Below are positions 1-5,590 of a stretch of DNA of 35,745 bases, one piece after another. Every line of letters begins with the position of its first letter. Position 1 is the first letter of the stretch. The DNA is from a virus. Where the stretch lies: positions 1-35,745 of the IMG/VR virus record IMGVR_UViG_3300016476_000979; one strand, written 5' to 3'. A program made the translations under genes and the position numbers. Under the pieces are notes generated by a model. That model was not told the origin of the DNA and did not search any database. It saw only the letters and a program-made list of their open reading frames with translations.

Positions 1-22
1 TGTATCCGCGCAGCCCAAGATC
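1..22. repeat. Terminal direct repeat identical to 35724..35745 (circular-closure overlap of the contig)
   Basis: tgtatccgcgcagcccaagatc is present at both ends of the window. Removing one copy leaves a 291-nt minus-strand ORF in frame across the join. Confidence 0.9.
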
Positions 23-103
23 TTCTGGCAGTGCTGCACGAAACACTTGCGCCATGCCTTCGAGTGTCTTGCCGATCTTCTGCGGCGACGCGGGTGCGTG
101 CAT
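1..103 (-). CDS. Hypothetical protein, 5' part (gene continues across the circular join at 35723..35536; 96 aa in total)
   Basis: ATG at 103 (alternative GTG at 121) lies just downstream of the initiator gene stop at 126. Joined translation MHAPASPQKIGKTLEGMAQVFRAALPEDLGLRGYIHALQDLPAIAFDEAARTLIRTHRYPNLPLPAEFHAAAEKTVQLLQLWDERLVRANGHALRL has normal protein composition. Confidence 0.65.
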   Translation of the reverse strand, partial: MHAPASPQKIGKTLEGMAQVFRAALPEDLGLRGY

Positions 104-125
104 CTGCCGCACGCCAAGCACTGCG

Positions 126-836
126 TCATGCAGGGTCGCGCACAAATGTTCCTTCGATGTATCGGGTGGTAGCGTGCGCTTCATCGCCAGCCACGTCGCC
201 CAATACGCGACGGAGCTTGTCACGATTGGCGTCAACCAAGGCGGCACTGGTGGGACGTGCAGCGCTGGATCGCGTTGCGCCCATGGGACGAGCGCGGCGG
301 ATCCATGTTCGGAAGGCAGCATCCCAATCGAGCTTGGTGCCGCCAGAGGCAAGCCAGTAATCACGGAACTGAGCGGCTTCATGATCGACCTCGATGAGTG
401 GATGATTGTCTTTGGCCCATGCCAACAAGCTATCATTCGGCTGCCAATCGGGCGGCAACCGTGTGGCGCGTTGCGCATTAGAGAGTTTGGTTTGTGATGG
501 TTCTTTATGGTTAGGGAGACATACTGTCTCCCCCCCGGAGACACCTTGTCTCCCCCCGGGAGACACCATGTCTCCCCCCACCATCATTGACGTGATGACA
601 AACACATTGGTCAGACCGTTGCGCTCGCGCACTACGATGAGATCGAGCGCTTCTAATTCTTGAATGGCGCGCTGCACTTGGCGTTCTGAATAGCCGGTGT
701 AGAGCGCGAGCCTTTGTTTGCTGGGCCATGCTTCGCCTTGCGGGTTGGCATGGTTGGCAATGCCAATCAGCACGGCTTTTAAGGCAGGCTTATCGAGCTT
801 GTAATTGAGCGCCCAATTCAGCGCTTCAATGCTCAT
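126..836 (-). CDS. Replication initiator (N-terminal winged-helix HTH, C-terminal DnaT/O-like domain) carrying internal iterons
   Basis: MSIEALNWALNYKLDKPALKAVLIGIANHANPQGEAWPSKQRLALYTGYSERQVQRAIQELEALDLI is typical of HTH_36-type phage replication proteins. C-terminal PPDWQP...FRDYW...DWDAAFRTWIRRA motif. ATGA overlap with the upstream gene at 833-836; the longer ORF to 893 was not used. Confidence 0.8.
   Translation of the reverse strand: MSIEALNWALNYKLDKPALKAVLIGIANHANPQGEAWPSKQRLALYTGYSERQVQRAIQELEALDLIVVRERNGLTNVFVITSMMVGGDMVSPGGRQGVSGGETVCLPNHKEPSQTKLSNAQRATRLPPDWQPNDSLLAWAKDNHPLIEVDHEAAQFRDYWLASGGTKLDWDAAFRTWIRRARPMGATRSSAARPTSAALVDANRDKLRRVLGDVAGDEAHATTRYIEGTFVRDPA
514..579. repeat. 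Three tandem iterons, each a palindrome GGAGACA-N3-TGTCTCC followed by a C run; putative origin inside the initiator gene
   Basis: The units are gggagacatactgtctccccccc, ggagacaccttgtctcccccc and gggagacaccatgtctcccccc. The GGAGACA cores start at 515, 537 and 559 (22-bp period). They lie in the inter-domain linker (GGDMVSPGGRQGVSGGETVCLP), the same layout as ori-lambda inside gene O. Confidence 0.7.
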
Positions 837-1030
837 GGTTCGACGTCCATTTGGCGTTGCAGCGCTTCGCTGATCCACGCCATGGCCGTGCAAATCTCAT
901 CCCATTGCGCATCGAACAGCGCATCGCCTTCCGGAATGCAGTCCTCACGAAACCCATGCAGCGCATCCCACACCGTCGTCAGCCACGACGTGTAATCATC
1001 GGCGCGTAAATCAGTGGTCGGTATGCTCAT
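833..1030 (-). CDS. Hypothetical protein (65 aa, acidic)
   Basis: ATG at 1030 is preceded by GGAGAGGAAAGAGAG (strong SD). Its stop overlaps the next start (ATGA). Confidence 0.7.
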   Translation of the reverse strand: MSIPTTDLRADDYTSWLTTVWDALHGFREDCIPEGDALFDAQWDEICTAMAWISEALQRQMDVEP

Positions 1031-1060
1031 CTCTCTTTCCTCTCCGGGGCGGGGGCATCA

Positions 1061-1085
1061 GCGCGCCCTCACCAAGAGGGGCGCG
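1061..1085 (-). promoter_or_regulatory. Perfect 10-bp GC hairpin between two genes of the leftward operon, without a U tract
   Basis: gcgcgccctc-accaa-gagggcgcgc lies 8 nt past the stop at 1094 and 30 nt before the start at 1030. Possibly an RNA processing or stability element rather than a terminator. Confidence 0.4.
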
Positions 1086-1093
1086 CGCCATGC

Positions 1094-1510
1094 TCACGCC
1101 ACACGCCCTTCCCATGCTGGCACTTGACGGGCTGGAATTTCGGTGATGGTCAGCGCGTATTGCGCTTCGACCAGTTTCTTCTTGATGACATAGACATCGG
1201 TCACCATGCCTTTGACATCCTCGACCACAATGCGATCGATCGATCCGCGCTCATCGAGCACGGCATAGCGGAAGTCGGCGCGATAGGTGGTGATCGGCAG
1301 ACCATTGACGACGATGCGATAGGATGGCTGCAATTCGAGCCGGTCGATTTGTCCGGTCTCGCACAGTTTTTTTAACTGTTCGTAGCGCGTGGCTTCTGAG
1401 GATGACGCAAACCAATGGCCATCCACATGACGGCCTTGCGCATTATACTTTCCCTTGCGGGTTGAGCCGCGCGCTTCACGCGTCGAGACGGGCAGTCGTG
1501 GTTTCGGCAT
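1094..1510 (-). CDS. DUF1064-family phage protein (putative nuclease)
   Basis: GHWFASSSEATRYEQLKKLCETGQIDRLELQPSYRIV...YRADFRY...IVVEDVKGMVTDVYVIKKKL reproduces the DUF1064 pattern (F.S..EA.RY..L, ADF.Y, VED.KG). Start chosen at MPKPRL (1510). Confidence 0.75.
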   Translation of the reverse strand: MPKPRLPVSTREARGSTRKGKYNAQGRHVDGHWFASSSEATRYEQLKKLCETGQIDRLELQPSYRIVVNGLPITTYRADFRYAVLDERGSIDRIVVEDVKGMVTDVYVIKKKLVEAQYALTITEIPARQVPAWEGRVA

Positions 1511-1721
1511 GGTCGATCCCAATTGGAATGAGGCGCAAGCCCAAGGCGATGCACCAACACATGAGGTAGAAAGACGAGGGCAAGCGGGCTCCGCTTTCCC
1601 ATTTGTTGACGAGCCCATCCGACACGCCGATCCGTTCGCACAATTGTTCTTGGCTCATGCCAATCTGTTTGCGCGTCGTAATCAAAACCCCGATCAGATC
1701 CTTGTAGAATTGCTGTTCCAT
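1476..1721 (-). CDS. XRE-family HTH regulator (cII-position)
   Basis: LITTRKQIGMSQEQLCERIGVSDGLVNKWESGARLPS is a Cro/C1-type HTH. Start is uncertain: ATG at 1721, or ATG at 1805 with an AGGA upstream but a 59-nt overlap with the cro-like gene. Confidence 0.65.
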   Translation of the reverse strand: MEQQFYKDLIGVLITTRKQIGMSQEQLCERIGVSDGLVNKWESGARLPSSFYLMCWCIALGLRLIPIGIDHAETTTARLDA

Positions 1722-1746
1722 CGGGGTCGGGATCGCCGTGTGCGGT

Positions 1747-1950
1747 TTAAGCGGACGGCGGATGGGGTTGCGAAAGAGCGCGGGCAACCTTGCGTGCGGT
1801 TCCATAGCGGATGTCCTGTCCATTCAGCATCCGGTAATAGGTGCTGTCGGGGACCCCGGCTGACAGAAACGCATCCTTCAACCGCTGCGGGTCATGGGCT
1901 GCCAGCTTCACAAGCTGGTCATGATAGGAGCGAATCACTGGGTCGTTCAT
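1747..1950 (-). CDS. Cro-like small DNA-binding protein, first gene of the leftward lytic/replication operon
   Basis: 67 aa and divergent from the CI-like repressor. AGVPDSTYYRMLNGQDIRYGTARKVARAL is HTH-like. The ATG lies about 7 nt past the predicted -10, so the mRNA may be leaderless. Confidence 0.6.
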   Translation of the reverse strand: MNDPVIRSYHDQLVKLAAHDPQRLKDAFLSAGVPDSTYYRMLNGQDIRYGTARKVARALSQPHPPSA

Positions 1951-1956
1951 ACGGTT

Positions 1957-2006
1957 AAGCTACTGCATACATGCAGGCTCGACAACTGCATGAATGCAAG
2001 TATTGT
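1957..2006. promoter_or_regulatory. Immunity switch: back-to-back divergent promoters, each with one copy of the 14-bp palindrome in its spacer
   Basis: Minus strand: TTGTCG(1985-1980)-17-TAGCTT(1962-1957), with O1 CTGCATACATGCAG (1963-1976) filling the spacer. Plus strand: TCGACA(1979-1984)-16-TATTGT(2001-2006), with O2 CTGCATGAATGCAA (1986-1999). Confidence 0.6.
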
Positions 2007-2030
2007 GCGACCTCGCCCAAGGAGAGTCGT

Positions 2031-2630
2031 ATGCGTGGGGACGTGCCACCTGAGACGCGAGACGCCATTCGCCGCTGGATGCGGTCGGTGTTGAGCGAGA
2101 AGAATTGGACCGCCAATCGGTGGGCCAAGCTGGCGGGCACGTCGCCCACCAACATCACCCGGTTTCTGAACCCGGCCTCGACTATTGTGCCGTCGTCCGA
2201 CACGATCTCGAAGCTGGCGATGGTGGCTGGAAGCCTGCCGGAATTGGGCAGTGCTGTGCCGTCAACGCCAGTCCATATGGTGCCGCTGCGCAGCTGGGCT
2301 TCGCTGGGCCGGGCGCGGTTCAAGCCTATAGGCCATGTCCCGACCACGATGGCCGCATCGTCGGAAGCTTTTGCGGTCAACTGCGAGAGCGATGCGTTGG
2401 ATCTTGGTGGCGTGAGCGTCGGCGACACCCTGATTTGCGAGCCGCCGCGTCTTTATAAACCCGCCAAGGGGCGGATTTGCTTAATGAAGATTGCGAGCCG
2501 TGTGCATTTGGGGATCTATGCCCCGCCCGTGTTGATGCCCAAGAGCACCAACCCCCAACACATAGCGCTGCCCATTGAGAACAGCGATGTGTTGGGTGTG
2601 GCAGTCTCGATCATTCGCTCGCTAGCATAG
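2031..2630 (+). CDS. CI-like prophage repressor (N-terminal HTH, C-terminal S24/LexA-like domain)
   Basis: AAGGAG at 2019-2024 sits 6 nt before the ATG at 2031. NWTANRWAKLAGTSPTNITRFL is the HTH. The C-terminal AFAVNCESDALDLGGVSVGDTLICEP...GRICLMKIASR follows the S24 layout, and the linker has an Ala-Gly (MVAGSL). The 1971 start was rejected because it lies inside the operators. Confidence 0.75.
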   Translation: MRGDVPPETRDAIRRWMRSVLSEKNWTANRWAKLAGTSPTNITRFLNPASTIVPSSDTISKLAMVAGSLPELGSAVPSTPVHMVPLRSWASLGRARFKPIGHVPTTMAASSEAFAVNCESDALDLGGVSVGDTLICEPPRLYKPAKGRICLMKIASRVHLGIYAPPVLMPKSTNPQHIALPIENSDVLGVAVSIIRSLA

Positions 2631-2931
2631 CTTCGATCTCGTCAGACAACGCAGCATTGTCGTTGGCGGCGGCGTCTTTGGGGAAGCCCCGCTCGATCAT
2701 GCGTTGCCGAGTGCGATGCGAAATGATCTCGACCTTGGGGCCGTCGATCTCGGTGGCATCGGCATTGTCGATGCACAAGGCGCGACCATCCTCGGCCCAT
2801 TGCAGCCGCCACAATTGATCGGGGCGGAACAGCAATTGATAGGCACGGATGGTCTCGGCCGTCATCTCGACCATTGAAACTTTTGAATAGTCCCAATGCA
2901 CCAAAAGATATTGCTTGGGGTTGCGGCTCAT
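2611..2931 (-). CDS. Hypothetical protein (106 aa), convergent with and overlapping the repressor 3' end by 20 nt
   Basis: MSRNPKQYLLVHWDYSKVSMVEMTAETIRAYQLLFRPDQLWRLQWAEDGRAL... has clean protein-like composition. The longer ORF to 3114 has a junk N-terminus. Confidence 0.6.
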   Translation of the reverse strand: MSRNPKQYLLVHWDYSKVSMVEMTAETIRAYQLLFRPDQLWRLQWAEDGRALCIDNADATEIDGPKVEIISHRTRQRMIERGFPKDAAANDNAALSDEIEAMLASE

Positions 2932-2942
2932 GATGTGTCCTT

Positions 2943-3041
2943 TCAACGCACAAAAATATCGATCACGAACGCGACACTCATGCTGACAATGACAATCATG
3001 GTCAGCAGGAATGTTTCTTCGTCGACGCTGGGTTCTTTCAT
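2943..3041 (-). CDS. Small membrane peptide (32 aa)
   Basis: MKEPSVDEETFLLTMIVIVSMSVAFVIDIFVR contains one TM helix. ATGA overlap with the upstream gene stop (3038-3041). Confidence 0.45.
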   Translation of the reverse strand: MKEPSVDEETFLLTMIVIVSMSVAFVIDIFVR

Positions 3042-3193
3042 TTGTCCGTATCCTCGTCCCAAACATCGAACAGCGAATTGAAGATGGTCGCATCGTCTTT
3101 GTCGCTGTCGCCAATCAGTTGCACGCCGAGACAAGCGGCGACCAAACGGATTTCGCGCGCATCCAAGGCTTCGATCAGGAAGTCGTCTTGCAT
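3038..3193 (-). CDS. Small acidic protein (51 aa)
   Basis: GGAGGATACAACA precedes the ATG at 3193. MQDDFLIEALDAREIRLVAACLGVQLIGDSDKDDATIFNSLFDVWDEDTDK. Confidence 0.55.
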   Translation of the reverse strand: MQDDFLIEALDAREIRLVAACLGVQLIGDSDKDDATIFNSLFDVWDEDTDK

Positions 3194-3241
3194 TGTTGTA
3201 TCCTCCAAGTGGGAAGTGCCAGACCACCATGGTCGGGCCAT

Positions 3242-3274
3242 AAAAAAAGGGACCGGAGCTTGCGCGCCGATCCC
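3242..3274 (-). terminator. Rho-independent terminator (minus strand)
   Basis: Minus strand reads GGGATCGG-CGCGCAAGCT-CCGGTCCC followed by TTTTTTT, 23 nt after the stop at 3297. Confidence 0.75.
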
Positions 3275-3296
3275 TTGCGGTGAGTGTGAGGTGTGA

Positions 3297-3539
3297 TCAG
3301 TAAAGGACGGAGTCATCCACGACTGCGTTATCGGGGATATACCAAAGCTGGCTCATGCGATGCTCGGCATCCTGCACAATCTCGCTGACTTCGGAGATCG
3401 TGCGCGCCAACCACAGCTGCGCAATCGCAAGCTCTTGGATGAACTCGCCATGGCTGACGCAGCCCTCGTCCCATATATGACGCCGGTCGGCCAAGGCTTG
3501 CTGCACATGGCGGAGGAAGGTGGTGTTCTCAATTGCCAT
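3297..3539 (-). CDS. Hypothetical protein (80 aa)
   Basis: GGAGAAATAC precedes the ATG at 3539. MAIENTTFLRHVQQALADRRHIWDEGCVSHGEFIQELAIAQLWLARTISEVSEIVQDAEHRMSQLWYIP... Confidence 0.65.
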   Translation of the reverse strand: MAIENTTFLRHVQQALADRRHIWDEGCVSHGEFIQELAIAQLWLARTISEVSEIVQDAEHRMSQLWYIPDNAVVDDSVLY

Positions 3540-3729
3540 AGTATTTCTCCACGTCGGTGGTGCGTGCGATGCGGCGCAACTCATGATGGATAGATGATTG
3601 CATGCTCAACAATTCGAGCATGTAGTGACGGCTGGTGATTTCGTTGCGTTCCCAGCGTTCTTTCCATGTAAGGAAACAATCGTGGAATTGCCCGACCAGA
3701 TCGGGATAGGGGTTGAGATCGATGTTCAC
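3529..3729 (-). CDS. Hypothetical protein (66 aa)
   Basis: GTG start at 3729 with GGAG 9 nt upstream. MNIDLNPYPDLVGQFHDCFLTWKERWERNEITSRHYMLELLSMQSSIHHELRRIARTTDVEKYYGN. It has an 11-nt overlap with the next gene. Confidence 0.6.
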   Translation of the reverse strand: MNIDLNPYPDLVGQFHDCFLTWKERWERNEITSRHYMLELLSMQSSIHHELRRIARTTDVEKYYGN

Positions 3730-3744
3730 GATGGTCGCTCCGCC

Positions 3745-3894
3745 TTAGCGCACAGGCATAATCTGCTGCACGGAAATGATGTCGGCGGGGATTTGGGCAC
3801 GCAGCCACAACCTAGCGGCGGTGGCAGAAGCGGCCTGCACAAACCAGTTATGCCGCTCGCCTTTGTAGGCGTATCTGACTTTATACATGCGCAT
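3745..3894 (-). CDS. Hypothetical small protein (49 aa; below the ORF-track cutoff)
   Basis: AGGAGAGCACA precedes the ATG at 3894. MRMYKVRYAYKGERHNWFVQAASATAARLWLRAQIPADIISVQQIMPVR. The listed ORFs 3726..3959 and 3581..3808 in other frames look like junk. Confidence 0.5.
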   Translation of the reverse strand: MRMYKVRYAYKGERHNWFVQAASATAARLWLRAQIPADIISVQQIMPVR

Positions 3895-3923
3895 TGTGCT
3901 CTCCTGTTTCCTTTCGGTGGCAC

Positions 3924-3954
3924 AAAAAAAGGCCGAGAGCTTGCGCTCCCGGCC
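3924..3954 (-). terminator. Rho-independent terminator (minus strand)
   Basis: Minus strand reads GGCCGGGAG-CGCAAG-CTCTCGGCC followed by TTTTTTT, 9 nt after the stop at 3963. The loop is similar to that of the 3242-3274 terminator. Confidence 0.75.
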
Positions 3955-3962
3955 ATCACCTC

Positions 3963-4481
3963 TCAGTCCTGCGTTTCGACGCCGTTCGTGTTCATCAGGC
4001 TGGGGTCCAGCTTGGTGAAGCGAGCAGCACGCGCCATCGCATCTGATGTGGGAACCTTGCGGGGCGGCAGCTTCGGCTCGGGTTCCACGAACTCCTTGCC
4101 GGTGTGCAGGGCATAGACGGCCTTCGTCTCACGCAGCATGTCCGTGAGCGTGGCTTCCTGCATTTCTAGCTGCTCAACCCAATCGCACGCGCGGTTGAGT
4201 TTGTTCTCGCTGATCTCGTCGCCACGATGCTCACGTTGCAGGCGTGCGACATCCTTGAGCGCCTGATCCAGCTTGTCTTTGGTGAGATTGAGCTGATAGC
4301 AGACGGTCCGCGCTATACCGGCGAGCACCATCATCTGTGTGTAGGCCATGCCATTGCGGACTTCTTCACCGTCCTCGCCTGCACGGCGAATGACGGGATT
4401 GTGAAACAGCGCAGCGATAGCCTTGACAGGCGCAGCGAACGGAGAAACCGGGACTTCTTTTTTCGTGACCAAGCGAACCAT
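3963..4481 (-). CDS. Hypothetical protein (172 aa)
   Basis: AAGGATCACATC precedes the ATG at 4481. Composition is coherent (MVRLVTKKEVPVSPFAAPVKAIAALFHNPVIRRAGEDGEE...). I recognised no family motif. Confidence 0.7.
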   Translation of the reverse strand: MVRLVTKKEVPVSPFAAPVKAIAALFHNPVIRRAGEDGEEVRNGMAYTQMMVLAGIARTVCYQLNLTKDKLDQALKDVARLQREHRGDEISENKLNRACDWVEQLEMQEATLTDMLRETKAVYALHTGKEFVEPEPKLPPRKVPTSDAMARAARFTKLDPSLMNTNGVETQD

Positions 4482-4559
4482 GATGTGATCCTTTCCTAAG
4501 ATCGTATGTGGTTGATTTCATTTTGCTTTTTTCTAAACACACAAAGGTGGGGAATTAAT

Positions 4560-4952
4560 CGGACGGCACCACTCCAGGCTTGATCGCGCAGTTTTACCTT
4601 GAACGGCATACAAGCCGGGTCGCGCTGCCTCTGGGGCCTTTGTAGTCGGCGAATCGTCGTCTTCTTTATGGCCGTCGCCGTTGAACCTTTCGGCGCACGG
4701 AGCCGAACTTGGGCTGCAATGCCCCCTGCCGAAGGTCGATTTCTGCGGGCAACAAATGAGAATGCAGGCGCGCCGCCTTGCCCGCAGAAATCGAGGGCTT
4801 GCAGACCGAACGGCCCGTGGGACAAAGGTCAACGGTGGAGCGACGGCCCAACAGAAGACGCACGCTGGCTACAAGCCACAGAGACACGCGAATCCGGTGC
4901 GTGCTGCCATTCAAAGGGAAAGCGCGATCAAGCCGACGAGTGGTGTCGTCCG
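4560..4952. repeat. Long imperfect palindrome / foldback element (two ~190-bp inverted arms, apical 12-bp perfect stem)
   Basis: Arm 4560-4589 pairs with 4922-4952 at 28 positions (one G:T, one small bulge). Further inverted blocks follow inward. Apical stem: 4741-4752 ttctgcgggcaa with 4777-4788 ttgcccgcagaa. No credible ORF in any frame. Confidence 0.8.
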
Positions 4953-5076
4953 ATCCATCCTCACCGCTCTCCATTCATACCGTCTGCGCTAGGGATCGAA
5001 GCCCGTAAGGGCCGAGACGCCAAACAGAGTGCAGGCGGCTCGGTTCACGAGAGCCCGTCAGCGCCCAACCGGTCCC

Positions 5077-5105
5077 TTGACAGCATCTATGCAGTGCCCT
5101 CTATC
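5077..5105 (+). promoter_or_regulatory. Candidate promoter of the packaging/structural operon, overlapped by one copy of the palindrome
   Basis: TTGACA at 5077-5082. The palindrome CAGCATCTATGCAG (5081-5094, 1 mismatch) overlaps the -35. CCTCTATC at 5098-5105 resembles the Caulobacter-type GCTANAWC -10. terS ATG is at 5138. Confidence 0.45.
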
Positions 5106-5137
5106 TAAATATTACGTGCTTCTCCCTGAGTGCAGAC

Positions 5138-5530
5138 ATGCCCAAAGTCCCCGCGAAACTGCCCGAACAGGCAGACAAGCTGACCGAGAAACAGAACGCT
5201 TTCGTTGATGCGTATGTAGCGAATGGCGGACGCGGCACACAGGCTGCGCGAGACGCCGGTTACGCAGACAAATCAGCGCACGTTGAAGCCAACAGACTTC
5301 TCAAGAACCCATTGATATTGCAAGAGATTTACCGCAGGACCGTGATGGAGCTCGGGGCCTCTGCACCACAAGCCTTGGCAACCGTGCGTGAGTTGGCTGT
5401 GAGCGCTAAGAGCGATTACGTCAGGCTCGAAGCGAGCAAGGATATCCTCGATAGAGCTGGCTTGAAGGCTCCTGACAGGGTGGATCAACGCCTAGACGGA
5501 GAGCTGAGGGTGGTCATCGACCTGTCCTGA
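5138..5530 (+). CDS. terS: Terminase small subunit (Terminase_2 type)
   Basis: LTEKQNAFVDAYVANGGRGTQAARDAGYADKSAHVEANRLLKNPLILQEIYRR is the characteristic HTH block of Terminase_2 small subunits. Confidence 0.85.
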   Translation: MPKVPAKLPEQADKLTEKQNAFVDAYVANGGRGTQAARDAGYADKSAHVEANRLLKNPLILQEIYRRTVMELGASAPQALATVRELAVSAKSDYVRLEASKDILDRAGLKAPDRVDQRLDGELRVVIDLS

Positions 5531-5590
5531 CAGAGACCGAGGGGGGGCAAAACTCGGCTCCTTCCTGTATAGCGAGGACCCCGATCTGTA

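Noticed and set aside
1-22. The 22-bp terminal repeat as a genuine phage direct terminal repeat or att core.
   Set aside because: It is much shorter than T7-type terminal repeats, and it lies inside an ORF that is only intact when the ends are joined. An assembly overlap of a circular or circularly permuted molecule is the simpler reading.
514-579. The iterons, and the tail-fibre 30-nt repeats at 23591-23830, considered as CRISPR arrays.
   Set aside because: There are no unique spacers between the repeats. Both sets are in-frame parts of protein-coding genes, and there are no cas genes.
1971-2030. The upstream ATG (1971) as the repressor start, and likewise the longest-ORF starts at 893, 1618, 3114, 6235, 27402, 31509, 32697 and 34786.
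   Set aside because: The extensions overlap neighbouring genes or operators and translate to junk. They lack an SD, whereas the internal starts have an SD or ATGA/GTGA coupling.
1900-2030. An SOS (LexA) box near the immunity region.
   Set aside because: Neither the gammaproteobacterial CTGT-N8-ACAG nor the alphaproteobacterial GTTC-N7-GTTC pattern is present. The CTGCAT-N2-ATGCAG sites have different half-sites and spacing.
4953-5076. A possible tRNA or tmRNA fragment (gggatcgaagccc, cacgcgaatccggtgcgtg) that could mark an att site.
   Set aside because: No acceptor/T-arm/anticodon cloverleaf can be drawn, the T-loop consensus GTTCGAATC is absent, and there is no CCA-adjacent acceptor stem.
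4496-5108. Six overlapping ORFs of 76-169 aa in several frames within the large gap (for example 4599..5108 plus, 4496..4825 minus).
   Set aside because: All frames are open at once. The translations are rich in R/C/W/P, there are no RBSs, and the region is explained by the foldback palindrome. I treated it as non-coding.
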